64,000 nt of DNA from contig OX597816.1 of the NCBI GenBank assembly GCA_951406725.2, positions 128,154,001-128,218,000 on the forward strand, written 5' to 3'. Below the pieces are notes generated by a model. That model did no database searches. It was not told the DNA's origin and saw only the letters and a list, made by a program, of their open reading frames with translations. Of this stretch, positions 40,640-54,764 are shown one piece after another. How positions within the stretch are numbered: the stretch's first letter is position 1; each line of letters starts with the position of its first letter. The stretch comes from Octopus vulgaris (Eukaryota). The position numbers were made by a program, and so were the translations under genes.

Positions 40640-40875
40640 AAAAGCAGCAGAAATTTAACAAAAGCTGTTACTCAGAGTTTCTCATTCCCGTTTGTTGGAC
40701 AGTTTTGTTAAAATAGGTTCTAGTTTAGCAAAACTGCCCGATAAACGGGAACGTGAAACTCTGAGTAACAGCTTTTGTTATATTTCTGCTGCTTTTAAAT
40801 AAAGCATATTACTCTACCTCTAGTGTTTGAGTACTCTTTTTCCACCTTGTTTCACATTTATGTGCTTACTCCGGT
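40640..40875. mobile_element. PLE-like inverted terminal repeat carrying two hammerhead-like copies
   Basis: Arms 40640-40712 and 40724-40797; HHR-like at 40734-40771 (plus) and 40665-40702 (minus). Confidence 0.65.
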
Positions 40876-40954
40876 ATATATATATATATTAAATTATATA
40901 TATATATATATATATAATTTGTAAGTTTGGATATACTCCCTAATATTATTATTA

Positions 40955-41006
<52 letters not shown>

Positions 41007-41010
<4 letters not shown>

Positions 41011-42224
41011 GTCATCCCATAAGTTCTGTCCGAATTTTGAATAAAGAAAACAAGTGATCAAGTGTTATATTTAATTGAAATTTAATCAATGTACTTTCCC
41101 TGATTATCTATGACTTCCTTCCATCTATTTACAAGCTTTTTAATCCCATCAATGTAAAACTCTTTTCGTTTCAAAGCAAAGAACTCTGAAATGCCAGTTT
41201 TGACCTCCTCCTGGCTTGCAGAAGTTATGTTCCCCCAAATGATTCTGTAAACTATGAAACAAATGGTAGTCTGAAGGAGCAAGGTTGGGAGAATAAGGTA
41301 GAATTTTTTACCAACCAAGGTCTTCGATCTTCTGTGATGTGATCTTTGCAGTGTGGGGTCGCACATTGTCCTGATGAAACATCACTCCTTTTTGATTCAC
41401 TAAAGCGGGTCTTTTTTTCTTCAAAGCTTGGTTCAAATACTCTAATTGCTGACAGTAGACTTGAGCATTGATTGTTGTATTAGATGGTAACAATTCAAAG
41501 TGAATTACTCCTTTGCAATCCCACCAGATAGAGAGAACCTTTTTCCCATGAAGTTCCCTTGTACCAAGCCACTGTTTATGATGTTTAACATTTTGATACA
41601 AGATCTATTTTTCGTCACCAGTTACAAGTCTATCCAAAAAGGGTGAAATGAGTTCAGGAGAATGGAGAGAAGAGCAGATGTCGACTTGGGATTTGCGGTT
41701 GCTTTCAGACAATTCATGAAGCACCTATTTTCCGAGTTTAGGAACCTTTCCAAGTTGTTGAAGACGACGATGAACAGTTGTATGGTTTGAACTAAGCTTT
41801 ATTGCAGGACTTTCAAGTAATGCCTCAAGGAGCTTATGAAACTCAACTGGATGTCCTGTTCGATATTCATCTTCAAGACTGAAATCTCCACTACTGAATT
41901 TCGCATCTTCTGCAAGTTCTTTCATTTAATCATTCTTTCTCATAAACTGAGTGTATGTTTCAAGTCACTTTGGCTGCAGAGTTTCCTTTTTTGTACTCAT
42001 AAAGCATTATGTGCCTCAAATGCTCTTTGGATACTTCCATGTTAGAAAGGGTTTTAATCAAAGAAATTTTAATTCTATTATTCTGTAAAATAATATTTAA
42101 TTAATTTAAATGCACACAAATGCATAAAAATAATTTTTAATTGCATTAGACATTCTAAAATACTATTAAATTTCATTCAATTTTAAAAAAGGTAAAATCC
42201 GACAGAACATATGGGATAACCTGA
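41007..42224 (-). mobile_element. full-length defective mariner transposon
   Basis: TA|TCAGGTCATCCCATAAGTTCTGTC ... GACAGAACATATGGGATAACCTGA|TA; MEVSKEHLRHIMLYEY start, VTGDEK, WWDCKG, HQDNVRPH. Confidence 0.95.
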
Positions 42225-42306
42225 TATATGTGTGTCCTAATATTTTGTGAATGTCAACATGAAAACTGATAAATCAGCGTTGCTGAACTAAAATACATCA
42301 TATACA

Positions 42307-42484
42307 GGTGTAGGCATGGCTATGTGATAAGAAGTTTGCGTTCAGGCTACATGGCTCTGGGTTCAGTCCCACTGTGTGGCACCTTGGGCAAGTGTCTTCT
42401 TTTATAGCCCTGGGCCAACCAAAGCCTTGTGAGTGAATTTGGTGGACAGAAACTGAAAGAAGACTGTTGTGTATGTGATGTGTG

Positions 42485-42539
<55 letters not shown>

Positions 42540-42760
42540 TCATGTCTTTATATCTGTGCTTGTCACCCACCACCACTTAACAACTGGTGCTGATGTGTTT
42601 ATGTTCTCATAACTTAGCAGTTCAACAAGAGAGACTGAAAAAATAAGTACCAAGATTAAAAAAAAAAAAAGCACATACTGGGGTTAATTCATTTGACTAA
42701 AAATTCTTCAAGGCAGTACCTTAGCACAGACACAGTCTACTGACTAAAACAAGTAAAAGC
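42307..42760 (+). mobile_element. SINE family A
   Basis: Full motif set. Confidence 0.85.
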
Positions 42761-43089
42761 TAAAATACAAAAGATACCATATATGCCAGAGTAAAAGCCA
42801 ACTGGGTATATAATACAATCCCAGAATTTGTTTTTTAAAAGGAGGCTTTGAGCTATACCCATTGTATAAGACTACCTGGTAATACTTCACTCTTGGTGCA
42901 GTGGCTGATGGGGGTGGGGGTGAAGCAGAGTCCAATGCCTCTATGGCTGTTGGAGTATCGTCCTTATCACCAAGTGTTTTTACTAGAAAATACTTTTGGT
43001 AAAAAAATATTCAGTGTTAGCATCATAGGAGTCGTCCACCACCATTGGGGACACTGTAAACTACAGCATGTTATGGTTCAGATTTTATA

Positions 43090-43217
43090 CTCTTTAGCAT
43101 TTAGATTACTTATAGAATGACATTGCAAGGTAGGTGTGAGAGGATGAAGCTGGCCAGTTTGAACATAAAGCAAGTAAAATATTTGGGCCAGGTAAGGCCA
43201 GTTTAAATACTAAAGGG
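43090..43217. mobile_element. piggyBac-like MITE, internally deleted
   Basis: CTCTTTAGCATT ... AATACTAAAGGG|TTAA; longer antisense relative at 51412-51629. Confidence 0.6.
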
Positions 43218-43505
43218 TTAAAACTATCTCTGGTTTTGGAAAGGTTTTTTTCTTTCTCATTCTTTTTTGAGGCTCAAATTTTGTTTTGTACACCAAATAT
43301 ATGGTAGTAGCTGTTCCACCTAAATTGCATAAACATTTATTTGTCATTCTCACAATTGTAAATGCAGCAAACCAGTGATCACTGATGATATTGTTTAGAA
43401 ATCTGACATAAAATATAATACAGAAATAAAGTACCACAGGAAGGTACTGTAGTGACTGCCACTGTTATCAACTAAATATATTAGTCAATGAATGAACATC
43501 TACAC

Positions 43506-43832
43506 CAATGTTTCCCAATCTATTTTCCTCCCTGGCCCCACTACAACTTTCCAGAAAAATGTATTTCTCACAGGCAGTTGAAAAAAAAAAAAACTTTATT
43601 TTTAATATTTTATCACAATTATTTAATGCAAATAATTATATACTTTCTTTATATTGTTGCAAACAGTCTTCACACAGTATGTTTGACCAGAGTAGTCACT
43701 TTGGCTAGGCTGAGTATAGGGTTAGTATGTTTGCAGTGAAAAATGCTTTTCACAATTCCATGTCTTACTAAAGAAAACAGAAAAACATTTCTGATCCCAT
43801 GCCCTACCAGTATGGTATATTGAGAATCACTG
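43506..43832. mobile_element. hAT-like MITE
   Basis: CAATGTTTCCCAA ... TTGAGAATCACTG; degenerate 8-bp TSD ATCTACAC/GTTTACAC. Confidence 0.6.
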
Positions 43833-46109
43833 GTTTACACAATCACTTGATCTGCTAAATAAGGCTGTTAAAATGCCTTAGAATGTCATTTACAGTTTGT
43901 AGATTGTAGAGACATTAGACAACATTATTCTTGACATACAGAAAGACAAAATGGTGTGACTATGGGTTTGACAGCAACAACAACTAAATAAATATCAGAC
44001 AACTACCACAGGGAGGGGAATTATTTACACATTTAAATGCTCTGCTTTACTCCATGTATCTTGAGACCTATTGCATCAAGATTGTTGCTGTGTATGAATT
44101 TGGTATTGTACATATTCCCAAAGCTCTTCTGAGTCAAACGTCAAACCAATAGGTTAATGGTAGTTATGTAGGAAATGCTGTCTGCTATGTAATATATCTT
44201 TATAATAAATGGATAATAAATAATTGGACATAAATAACAATGAAATGGGACATAAAAGTGTAATAACTTCATGTGAGATAGTAAGAAGTACTAGACAATT
44301 CAAATGTTACTTTGGATTTATAAACATATATGTATTATCTGGCAGAATCCTGTATTAATTCGCTTGTTAGACAATAGCAAAGAAGGTGTAATGAAAGCTG
44401 TTCAGATAATGTATGAGAAGACATTTAAATAAATCATAACTATCCTCTAAAGAATAATTTTAAGTCCTCCCCTTCCATCCTCTCCTTTGGAATTATTACT
44501 GAGGACTTAACACACTCAATGGCTTTTGTATATTGATGACTTACTTTTCATACAAGAGCTGAAGCAATGATGAAACAGTGTAGAGAAGAACTCAATTAAA
44601 AAGATCTAACATAAAACATAGCTAAGCGATCTGAGATTGAACACATTATTAGATAAGGGTAAGTAGTACTAAGCTCAATACCATTACAATACTTAGCATT
44701 TCAAGTATAAAACAATAATTGCAGTAAATAGAAATTCAATACTGCATAATAACTGTAATTAATGATGTTGTGAATCACTGAAACAATACTAAGTGGATCT
44801 TGTGTACAAGTGTAGTATAAAAATAACAAGAAGCAAGTATAGTAAACATAGCTGTTGATATTGCCATTTTGTTGGTGACTAAGTTATATATATATATATA
44901 TATATATAAATGTACATTTCGGAAATATGGTAAATATGAGAGAGGGGATACAGCAACTACAACCTCTTCATGGAACTTAGCTGGGCATTAAAATAAATTT
45001 CCTATATATGAAATAAATCCATCAGTTTAACTTCAATGGATCATTGGGATCATGCGGGGCAAAGAGTGCATCAGTAAATGATTCTTGTAGAAAAATGCCT
45101 ATTAAAATGTTGTAATGCACAGTCATGTATATGTAACAGGATGAGAGGTTCCTGCACTGGATGGGTGCAACTCGCATCCTTTACATTAAATATTAATCGA
45201 AGGAAAGAGTCGAAACTTCCGATTAACTTCAACATATAAATATTTTATTTCTTGATTCACAATATATACATTCTTCATTCTGGGTGAATCAGCAGCCTAG
45301 GAGCATATCGCAGTAGTCAAGTGCAGTGAGCCAAATCCTTTTCCATTCAAGCATAGCAAAGATATGCCACGAGATAGCAGCTTGAGAGAGCTGATAAAAC
45401 ACAACTGTCTTGTTCAGCTGCCGGAGTTCAAGAGAACGATACAAGGAAATTTCGCTGCAGCTAGTTTTCTGCACATGAGCATGAGGAAACTTCCGGCAGA
45501 CCTCCCGGAAGACTCCAACTCTGTGCATGCATGCTGGAGATTTCCAAGATGGCATCGCTACATATAGATACACATAATGCTATATGTTGTTATTTTGTGT
45601 ATACATAAATCGTATGTGAGTGCATTTAAAAGCATATAACAATGATCAATGCACCCTTGTTGACACAAAAGTGGGGTCTAATATACTACAGTTGAATGCA
45701 AACTCTGATTTACTCCTTATTAAAACAGAGGAGTATTCATCTTCATCATTTTACTTCCATCTTTTCTGTCAGCATGGGTCAGCCAGATCTAACTGTGTGT
45801 TGTGACTTCTTACAGTCCATCAGCATCAGACACTCACACAGCAAGAGGTATAAAGAATGGCCTGATCTATTGTTTTATCTTATAAGTTTGACATGAAATT
45901 TACAGGTCGTTCACCTTCCTATCAGCAACAAATCTCCAGAATAGACTGGGTCATTTTATAGTAGTACTGATATTAGAGAGGTAGTTACATATAACTTAAA
46001 TGAATACCCTCTGCCTTACATCATCTCTGCCCATTCCTTCCATGAATTTAGATGAATCAGATACAAAAATTGAATTTCTCTTTAATGAATATTCTTTTAT
46101 TCTTATTCT

Positions 46110-46491
46110 TTTATTTTATTCTGTTTCAGTCATTTGACTGCTGCCATGCTGGAGCACCACCTTTAGTCGAACAAACCTACCCCAGGACTTATTCTTTGTA
46201 AGCCTAGTACTTATTCTATCAGTCTTTATTGCCACACTGCTAAGTTACAGGTATGTAAACACACCAACATTGGGTTTCAAGCAATACACAGATACACAAA
46301 TACACACACACACATATATATACACACAGACACACAACAGGCTTCTTTCAGTTTCTGTCTCCCAAATCTACTAACAAGGCTTTGGTCAGCCCGAGGCTAT
46401 AGTAGAAGACACTTACCCAAGATGCTATGAATTGAGACTGAACCTGAAACCACATGGTTGGGAAGCAAGCTTCTTACCACACAGCCACTCC
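46110..46491 (-). mobile_element. SINE family A
   Basis: Full motif set on minus. Confidence 0.85.
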
Positions 46492-46499
46492 GATAATTT

Positions 46500-48500
46500 T
46501 TTTAAAGTTTAAGTGTCAGTAAATAAGGAAGTCGATATTGAGGACAGTAGTTCAGGAGAGGACTGACTGCAAATGTGTTTCAAGTGGAGTTTAGGATATG
46601 AGAGACAATACCGAGAAGGGAATGTTACATAGCTTGATCAGAGAAGCTGAGATTTATATAAGATACAGAAGAATCACATAGAAAAAGCATGCCTATGAGT
46701 TAGCAGTTATAAAACATAGGGAATGAGTCTTAGTCAATCAACCAATAGTTTTTGGTGGGGATGTGATCAAGTTGTTTGTAAGACAGCCATGTAACATTAT
46801 CATAAATATGAGAACAGAGCAGTACAACATTGTGAGCCTTGCATTTATTTTCAGAGGTGCAGCAACTAATTTTTTCATAGAATTGAAGAGGAAACCCAAA
46901 CTTTGGATTTATATTTGACAATATTATATGCAATTTGGCCATGAAAGATTACATATTGTGGGACTCAACAATCATTATAAAATTTGAGTGTTTTAATTGT
47001 GTTTTGTTGAGATATATGGAGGGTACTGCAAGATTATTTCCATAGTTGTAGCAAGAGTGTTTTGTTCTATTAGAAGTACTTATGTTGTCATGTCTCTATT
47101 GGAAGATGTTGTTGCTATCTTTGCTCATGTAATCAGAGCATGCATAGTGCAAGTTGTCATAACTACATAAGTGTGGATGTGTTGAAAATTCAGAAGTAAA
47201 GAAAGTGTACAAGAGTGTGTGGGGCTAGATGTGGAAATAGGTTATTAATACATGATTTTAAAAAAAAGTGTATAAAACATAACCAAGTCTTGAGTCATAC
47301 CAGATTCCACTGATAATCATCGGGAAAGAGATTGATCAATGCATGCCCTACTAAAATAAATAGTCTGGTAGAAAACATCTGATCAAAAGTGAAGGGATTT
47401 TACACACAGATAACTTACTGTAGATAACATATTTTCATTTGGTAAATACAATCAAATATTTCATTGATATTGATGGCACCAGCATTGCTATGCAGAATCA
47501 CTGAAGGTCAAAAGAGCATTGGTGCATGATGTAGCAGAGCAAGACTACAGTCAGTAGATCTCATTGTACATAAGCTATACCAATTATCAAGACAAAAAGT
47601 TATAAAAATTGAGGCTTTCCTATCACCTTTGACACGAGTGCTGTAGTTGGTGGGTTGGAGAGGTTATTGTTTTGGAGAATGAGATTCACTCTGCCTAGTT
47701 TACCTGAATCTAGTTAAGAGAAGATAATTAAGTTCAGAGAGAGAGAGAATTTAAACATAATAGGATCAAATTCTAGTGTACAGAGTGAGATTAATGGAAA
47801 TGACAATGACAAAAGCAGTCTCTTTGTTGGGTTAAAATGATCAGAGAGAAAGAGTTTTTTGGAGTTTTTTTATTGTACTTATATACTTTGGTGCGACAGT
47901 TGGATTGGATAAGAAGAGTGAGGGAGGAGTTTCGCTGCATATGTGTAATGTAACATTTGAAACAAAACATACACCAAATATGGTGGCTTTATCAATGAAA
48001 GAGAAAGATATTGAGATATTTTTATGGAGATGTGGAAAGTAAAAGAATTCTACGGAGTAGAAAGCCTTCAAGTAAGAGCCAGAAGACCCATCTTCAGAGC
48101 ATCAGCAAGGGAAACACTGAAGGGATTTGGGATTTGTAATATTTGGTTGTATACGTAGCATAGGGATCCAACAAAATAAAATGACACCAGTTGCCTATTT
48201 CACTGTCTTGGATGGGACAGAGGTGAAAAATTAGTTAGCTCAGAACAGGTTTGAGCCATACTTAGTTAACTAACTTAAAGTTCCAGAGATGGAGGAAGGT
48301 ATTGTTTTCTGCTAGGAAGTTGTGAGATGGATTCACTTGATTAAACAGCTATCAAATGAATCCATGTTAATATAGTCAGTGATGACAAGTTTAAGGTTAG
48401 GTTTGGAGATGCCAAAAATGTGAAGGGTATTGGAAGAGACTGCATATCAGGGACATGGGTTTAGCAAGAACACTAATGAGCACATTCAGTTCAAAATAGC
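46500..48500 (-). mobile_element. highly decayed CR1-group LINE remnant
   Basis: LCSHIYD..KQLDHI resembles the post-RT motif YCSHIW..LD.IQ; boundaries approximate. Confidence 0.45.
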
Positions 48501-49391
48501 TGATGATTTGTCCTTTCTATCATCATTGTCACTAAGGAACATATCTGTATACAGAGATAGACTGAGACATATGACCTCTCATTAAGGATTGGAGGTCAAA
48601 CAAATGCTGAATGCAGGTGGAGTTCAAACAGTAGAGATTGCTGCTGAATGTAAAGAAATAGAGATGACAGATTTTGGGTTAGAATGATCAGACATGTTTA
48701 TAGCTGCTTCCCTTCCCAGATGAGAGTGGGAAATTATAGATAATGTAGATGCCAACTTTTAGAAACAAGATGGAATATAGAGTATGCTCTGTATTAGAGA
48801 TAGGAATACCTTGTTGAGTAGTAATATGGCTTACATGTTACTAGAAGAAGATAATGGCTAGAATGAATGTTTAACAAAAGCTCACTGATGTTGGTATAGA
48901 AAAGGAAATTTATCCAGCAGATTGATTATTGCTCTTTTTATTAGAATTTTTCATAATTTTTACAAGAACAACTTATTACAACTATATATTTACACAAATA
49001 AAAACATGATAGTCAGCTATAGAACAGGTGCGTCATTATATAAAAGTGGGAGAATTTTACTTTTAATATCTTTAAATTGCCTCAAGCAAAAGCTGAACAA
49101 TCATCTAATGTAAGTATATAATTCCAAGTTCCAAATATTTCGGCATCCAATAATATGATAGTCTAGTTGAGATATATTTAGCCTGATCTTTCAGCATCTA
49201 ATAAATAGCATGTTAACCTTGTTCAGATATTAGTACTCTAGTCAATAAAGTATCCAACAAGAGAACTGAGAGGGCAAGTCCAATTTTATGTTGCTACAAT
49301 GAAATTATTTTAATCAGTTCTCACAAGAATTAATGCACCTTAAAGGCATCTCAGTTTATTAATACAGGATACTGCATGAAATGAAACTTAC

Positions 49392-49520
49392 TGTTCTCTC
49401 TTTTGATGTATTCTGTTTTGGTTTTTTTCTTTTGTCTTCTTAATATTCTTTACAACTGATTGAGTTAGGTTATAAAAATTATTGGCAGATGGTAGAATTT
49501 CTAAGCCCATTTGATCACTC
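49392..49520 (-). CDS. candidate host-gene coding exon 2 (129 bp), product unknown
   Basis: TTTTTATCTGCAG|G AGT GAT CAA ATG..AGA GAA CA|GTAAGT; open frame (M)SDQMGLEILPSANNFYNLTQSVVKNIKKTKEKNQNRIHQKRE; alternative in-frame acceptor at 49552. Confidence 0.6.
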
Positions 49521-51411
49521 CTGCAGATAAAAACTATTTTCAAAGACAAGTTCTGTAAAGAATAAGAAAACAAAATGTTAAAGAATATAACGAGCAAAAA
49601 GATTGAATGAAAATGTAATAAAGCTAATAATAGTTCATTGTCATATTTTTTAAAAATTCCATAAAAGTTTCATTAGCCAAAGGAATATCAAACTATAATT
49701 TTTCAAGTTTAGTATAATTCTGAATGCAGATATTTGTTTCCTGTTGGATTAATATAAAGTATTATTAAAGGAATGCATGATGTTCAAACAACTGCATAAA
49801 CCATTATCCCTGTTTCCAGAATATCTTAGTGAGCATCTGTCAGTATGCATGAGTCATATCTAAAATATATCAAACTTCAAGAGATATAAAGCATCGTATT
49901 ACCAAGATATCATTTGGTTCTTTTTTTTGTTTTTTTAAATTAATTTTAGTCATGAAATAAGGAATTCAAAATTTTAATTAGATTAGTTATGATAATTAGA
50001 TACTCAGTTGGAAACAAAGATTAGAACTGAAGCCATTGAAGGAAGCCTTGTGGCTAAGTATTATTAATATAATGAAGGAATCTCTTCCAACGGAATCTTA
50101 TTGACAACCTTATTAGAAGAAAGAAGGTTAAGAGAGTAAACTGAGAAAGCAAGTTAAAGAAAGAAAGAAAAGATCATAGAAAAGAAAAAAAACAATAAAG
50201 AATGGATGACTGTTCTCTATTATTCATCAGAAACATCTGAAATTCCCTTTTATATTAAAAGCACTAAACTAGAATTAGATTCTAAATTGCTAAAATCTGA
50301 AGGAAACTGGGGCTTAACAAAAATCTGTAAAGAACCAGGGTCTCAGATTGGATGATCAACTTTGAACTCAATATCTATTAATTAATGAGAGCTGAATTTA
50401 CATCTGGATAGGTAAGCAGTTTTCACAGATAACATTCACTGGAGGAATTAGTCTTCATCGCTAATTAAACTGAGGAATGCAGAAATATAATAAAACGTCT
50501 ACAGCAGATGTGAGCTCATAACCTATAAAATGGTTGTCCATTTTTACTTCAATCAAGCAATTATTATTGCACAGAATTTAATAATTTTGTTTCAATAAAA
50601 ATAAATTTGCTCTGTTGGAACATTTCAATTTGAAAATGAAATATAATTTTACACATATTATTGCTTGTAACAGTCACAAAAGAAATTGTGTCTATAATTT
50701 GATGTGATCTTTGGGTTGAAGATAAAAAAAAAACTAGAATTGAAGACCCGAGTAATAATTTTTGAAGCTGACTTGGAATAAAAATGAAATTTTTGACTTA
50801 AAAAAATAGAATAAAAATATCATAAAAATAAATAAAAGAGGAAACAATATGGAAATAGATAACAAGAAGTTACATTGTGTTTATGGAAGAAATTCTTTGT
50901 TGGTAATACGAAAAATTATAAATTTTTAGTTTAATCTTGTGAAGTGAGTATTCTATAAAGTGCAATGAGGAAGTACTTTTTACATTATATATGACAAGTA
51001 GAGAAATGCTGTGTTGGAACAGACTCATCTAACCCATACCAGCATAGAAAACTGGTTGTAAAAACAATGATGATGGTGATATATTTACTTGGAGCAGGAA
51101 TTTTTGCTCCTTTGCCACTTTTAGGCCTTCTTAGACAGATGAGTTTGATGCAGTTTCTTTTTTAAACTTTTAGTCTGGAAAGAAGGTAGCACTTATGATC
51201 TCTTATAGGGTTTCTGAGACTGATGGGAAGGAATAAGGTAACCTCAAACTGGAGAGTCCCGATCAAGGGTCTGCAACAGGGTGGATGATACTACTAAAAG
51301 TATCCCATGTGCCAGGTGTTGGTGTGGAATCAGGTGATAAAATTAAGTACTCCACACTAAGTGAACAACCCAATTGTGCTCAGCTTTAACATCCATTGGT
51401 TGATACTTTAA

Positions 51412-51629
51412 TCCTTTAAAATTTAAATTGTCCATATCCGGCCCAACATTTTCTACCTGCTTTATGTTCAAACTGGTCAGATCTGGCTTCTCACACCTAC
51501 CAAACAATGCCTTTAATAAAGAAATATAATCATCATTGAAATCCCAAAGCTACATGATAATACATAATTAAATGACAACTGTGAATAAATAAGCATTACA
51601 TTTGACAGAGTAATCTGAATGCTAAAGGG
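51412..51629. mobile_element. piggyBac-like MITE
   Basis: TTAA|TCCTTTAAAATT ... AATGCTAAAGGG|TTTA. Confidence 0.6.
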
Positions 51630-52535
51630 TTTAGGAAGAACTAAGGAAGTGAAAGGATTTAAAGAGGTAAGTCAAGGATGTTTGTGCATTTAAGTACCAT
51701 CTCACGTATTTGATTAATAAATGTTGGTTGCACTTGATCATTGAAGGTCAGCAACTTATCACAGTAAAAGTACTTTCTTATTCTGTAGAAGCTTAGTCTT
51801 TGACCATGTGAGATATTCAAAGATTACGAGGCTGAACATTTGTAGTTACCTTAAAGAAATGGTTCATGTTGTTCAACCCAAAGTCATCTCTGATGGAATA
51901 GACATTTGATCAAAATTATTCTACCTGTAACTTTCCCATATTTTATTCAGATAGAGTGTATCTTGGACCACATTATCAAATATAACAACATCTTTAAGAT
52001 GAGGGGATGTGATATGAAGGAGATTTTAGCTGTTATATTTAGTATGTTAAGTACTCTCCTTGAAACTCCTTCATTGGCTTGCATTTCCAGTGCAAATGAT
52101 AACAGACTACTCTTGATATAAAGCAGATTTATATAACCTTTGCTATATCATGATGCAATATAGCAATGAATAGAGAAGACTTAATAATAAAACACTTAAA
52201 AGAAATGAGAATTTGTGGAGACAAGTTAAAAATTATAATTTAGTTGAAAGAGTATTTATGTATCAAATACTTCAACTAAAAAAAAAAAGCTGCACTGGAA
52301 TTATTATATAGAATGAATGTGGTTAATAAATTCCATAAGGTGGAAGTATGAATAGGTTTTAAAAGAGAAACCAGGATATCAATTGTCAAAGAATAAGGAG
52401 TCCTAAACTACTCAGTTTTTGCCTTGTAAATTATAGTTGAGAAAAAGTAACGAGATAATTCTCTGGTGAACTCTAACTTATACATTGTTTTCCTTATTTT
52501 GATTATATAAAAGATATATTTTATCCCTTTTACAA

Positions 52536-53040
52536 GGTGGTGAGCTGGCAGAATTGTTAGCATGTTAGGCAAATTGCTTAGTGGCATTTCATCCATCTTT
52601 ACGTTCTGAGTTCAAATTCTGCTGAGGTTGACTTTGCCTTTCATATAAATGACTAGTCCCTTCCCCAAAAATTTGAGGCCTTGTGCCTCTAATAGAAAAG
52701 ATTTTTCTCACTTTTACTGCAAGATACTAGTTTCTATCCCCTCTGTCATACTCTGATCTATAATCATCAGACATAAAATTGCCCCTCACAATACTACTCC
52801 CACCTCAGTTAAGAAGTCTTGTCTTGCAAGTTATTTGGTGATCTTGCTGGTGCTGGGGTTATGTACAAAGCGCCCAGTATAGTCTGTAAAGTAGTTGGCA
52901 TTAGGAAGGGTACCCAGCCATAGAAACTATGCCAAAGCTGAAAGTACAGCTTGTCACAGTCCTCTGATTCATTACCACCTGTCAAACCATCCAACCCACG
53001 CCAGCATGGAAGACAGATATTAAAACAATTAGGATGAGGA
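52536..53040 (+). mobile_element. SINE family B (52536-52702) and an old RTE-tail fragment (52810-53040)
   Basis: Family motifs: GAGCTGGCAGAA head; TTGGCATTAGGAAGGG..CCAACCCACGCCAGCATGGAA. Confidence 0.7.
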
Positions 53041-54764
53041 AGATCCATCATCTTGATTATAATTTTTTGTATAACAGTTAATAATAGTGTTGCTGCATTA
53101 GACATTACTTTGTTATACTTAGTGTACTTAAAATAATTGACTACACAAGCTATTATCATAATGATATCCAAATCTGATGCAGCAACTTTTCTTGCCTTTT
53201 AATGCAGCAAATTTTTCCTTGCTTGCATGACCATAATTTCATAACCACATTTATACTGATCCACTACAGCTTACCAATTTGTTGGTTATTGGTTCAATTA
53301 AAAGTCAGCTTTCAATACACAATTTAATCATATTTCTAAATTCGCAACATCTCATGCCTATTCATTTCTCTATTACTGTAGCTAAGTGTGCTTGAATTAT
53401 TGCAAACACACCTCTCACCTAATTATATCTTCATTCAAATAAATACATTGTCTTGCAATTTGAATCCTTCAAAACTGATTTTGCCCTTGAACAAAACAAA
53501 TCAAATTTAAGTGTTAAAATTTCAGAGATTTTTGGTTTATATCAAAGGCAGCTTTTACATCTCAATGCTGCAGTCATTGCATTTATTGTTTAAGTCGAAA
53601 ATTGGAATGACAGTATGAGAGAATAGGTAGAAAGAACAGGAAAGAGTGTAACAGGAAAAAGTTCAATTCTAGTAGAGACTTTACTGTTATTTTCATTATC
53701 TATCAAGTAAATGCACTAATATACCTTTTAAGTCATATGCCAACTAAAGTGTTACTCACCACGAAATTTTTGTGTTAGTGTGTGGGAAGTGAGAGGGAAA
53801 TTAAAGCTTTTTCTTGTTAGCACATAAAATGAACATAAAATATATTTTTCTACTAGGAAGTTAATTCCATCCAAGCTCAGTCGGTTTAGTTAGAGTAAAG
53901 TGAAGAATTGCTTGTTTATGAACCTCAGGAAGATCCTTTAGAATGTAAATACACACATGCTCATACACACACACACACACAACCTTATGGAATTTATCAA
54001 CTGCATTCATTTTATATATACACATGTATATTATCATTTTTGGAATGCAACAATATTTGTATCCTACCTATCTCTTATACACACTAACATCTATTTGTAT
54101 GTGTGTGTGTGTTTGTATATATATCTATATGGAAATGCAAAACACAAAACAAGAATACAAGAGATGTTCATTGTCAATATTAGTTTGACACCCAAAGAAA
54201 AAAGAAAAGAGTAAATGGTACTATGTCTTGAACACAGTTCTTCCAGTGCTAGAGAAAAGTCAAGGAGAAACTCAGAAGTGTAGCAAGAGAAGGAGATAAA
54301 GAAAGAAAAGTGTCAGGAAAACCCCAGTAGGAATCAGCTTGCATGTTCAGTCTATATGTGCATGCATATGTGTGTGTGTGCATGTACATGTGTGTGTCTG
54401 CTTGTGAGTGTGTATACACATGTCCATGTATACATGCACAGCTCCCATTCTCTTTAACAGAAAAAGACGAGTACAATATATAAAATTCTTTCAAATAATG
54501 GTTTCTTACATAAGCACAGAACCAGAAATATTCAGGGAAGTAAAACTAATTCAAAAATTACAATGCTCATGACTTATTCAACAACATTAACAATGTGAAA
54601 GAATGGAATTAGTTCTCAGTGGGAATTGAAATTAGACAAAACTTTCCACCCAACTAGTGTCTACATAAAGTACACTGAAATTCAGATGTCAAAAGGCATA
54701 TTGAACACAGGATATAGTTCCAGAATAAATATTTTGCTTCTGTTATGAGTACACCATTTTCACT

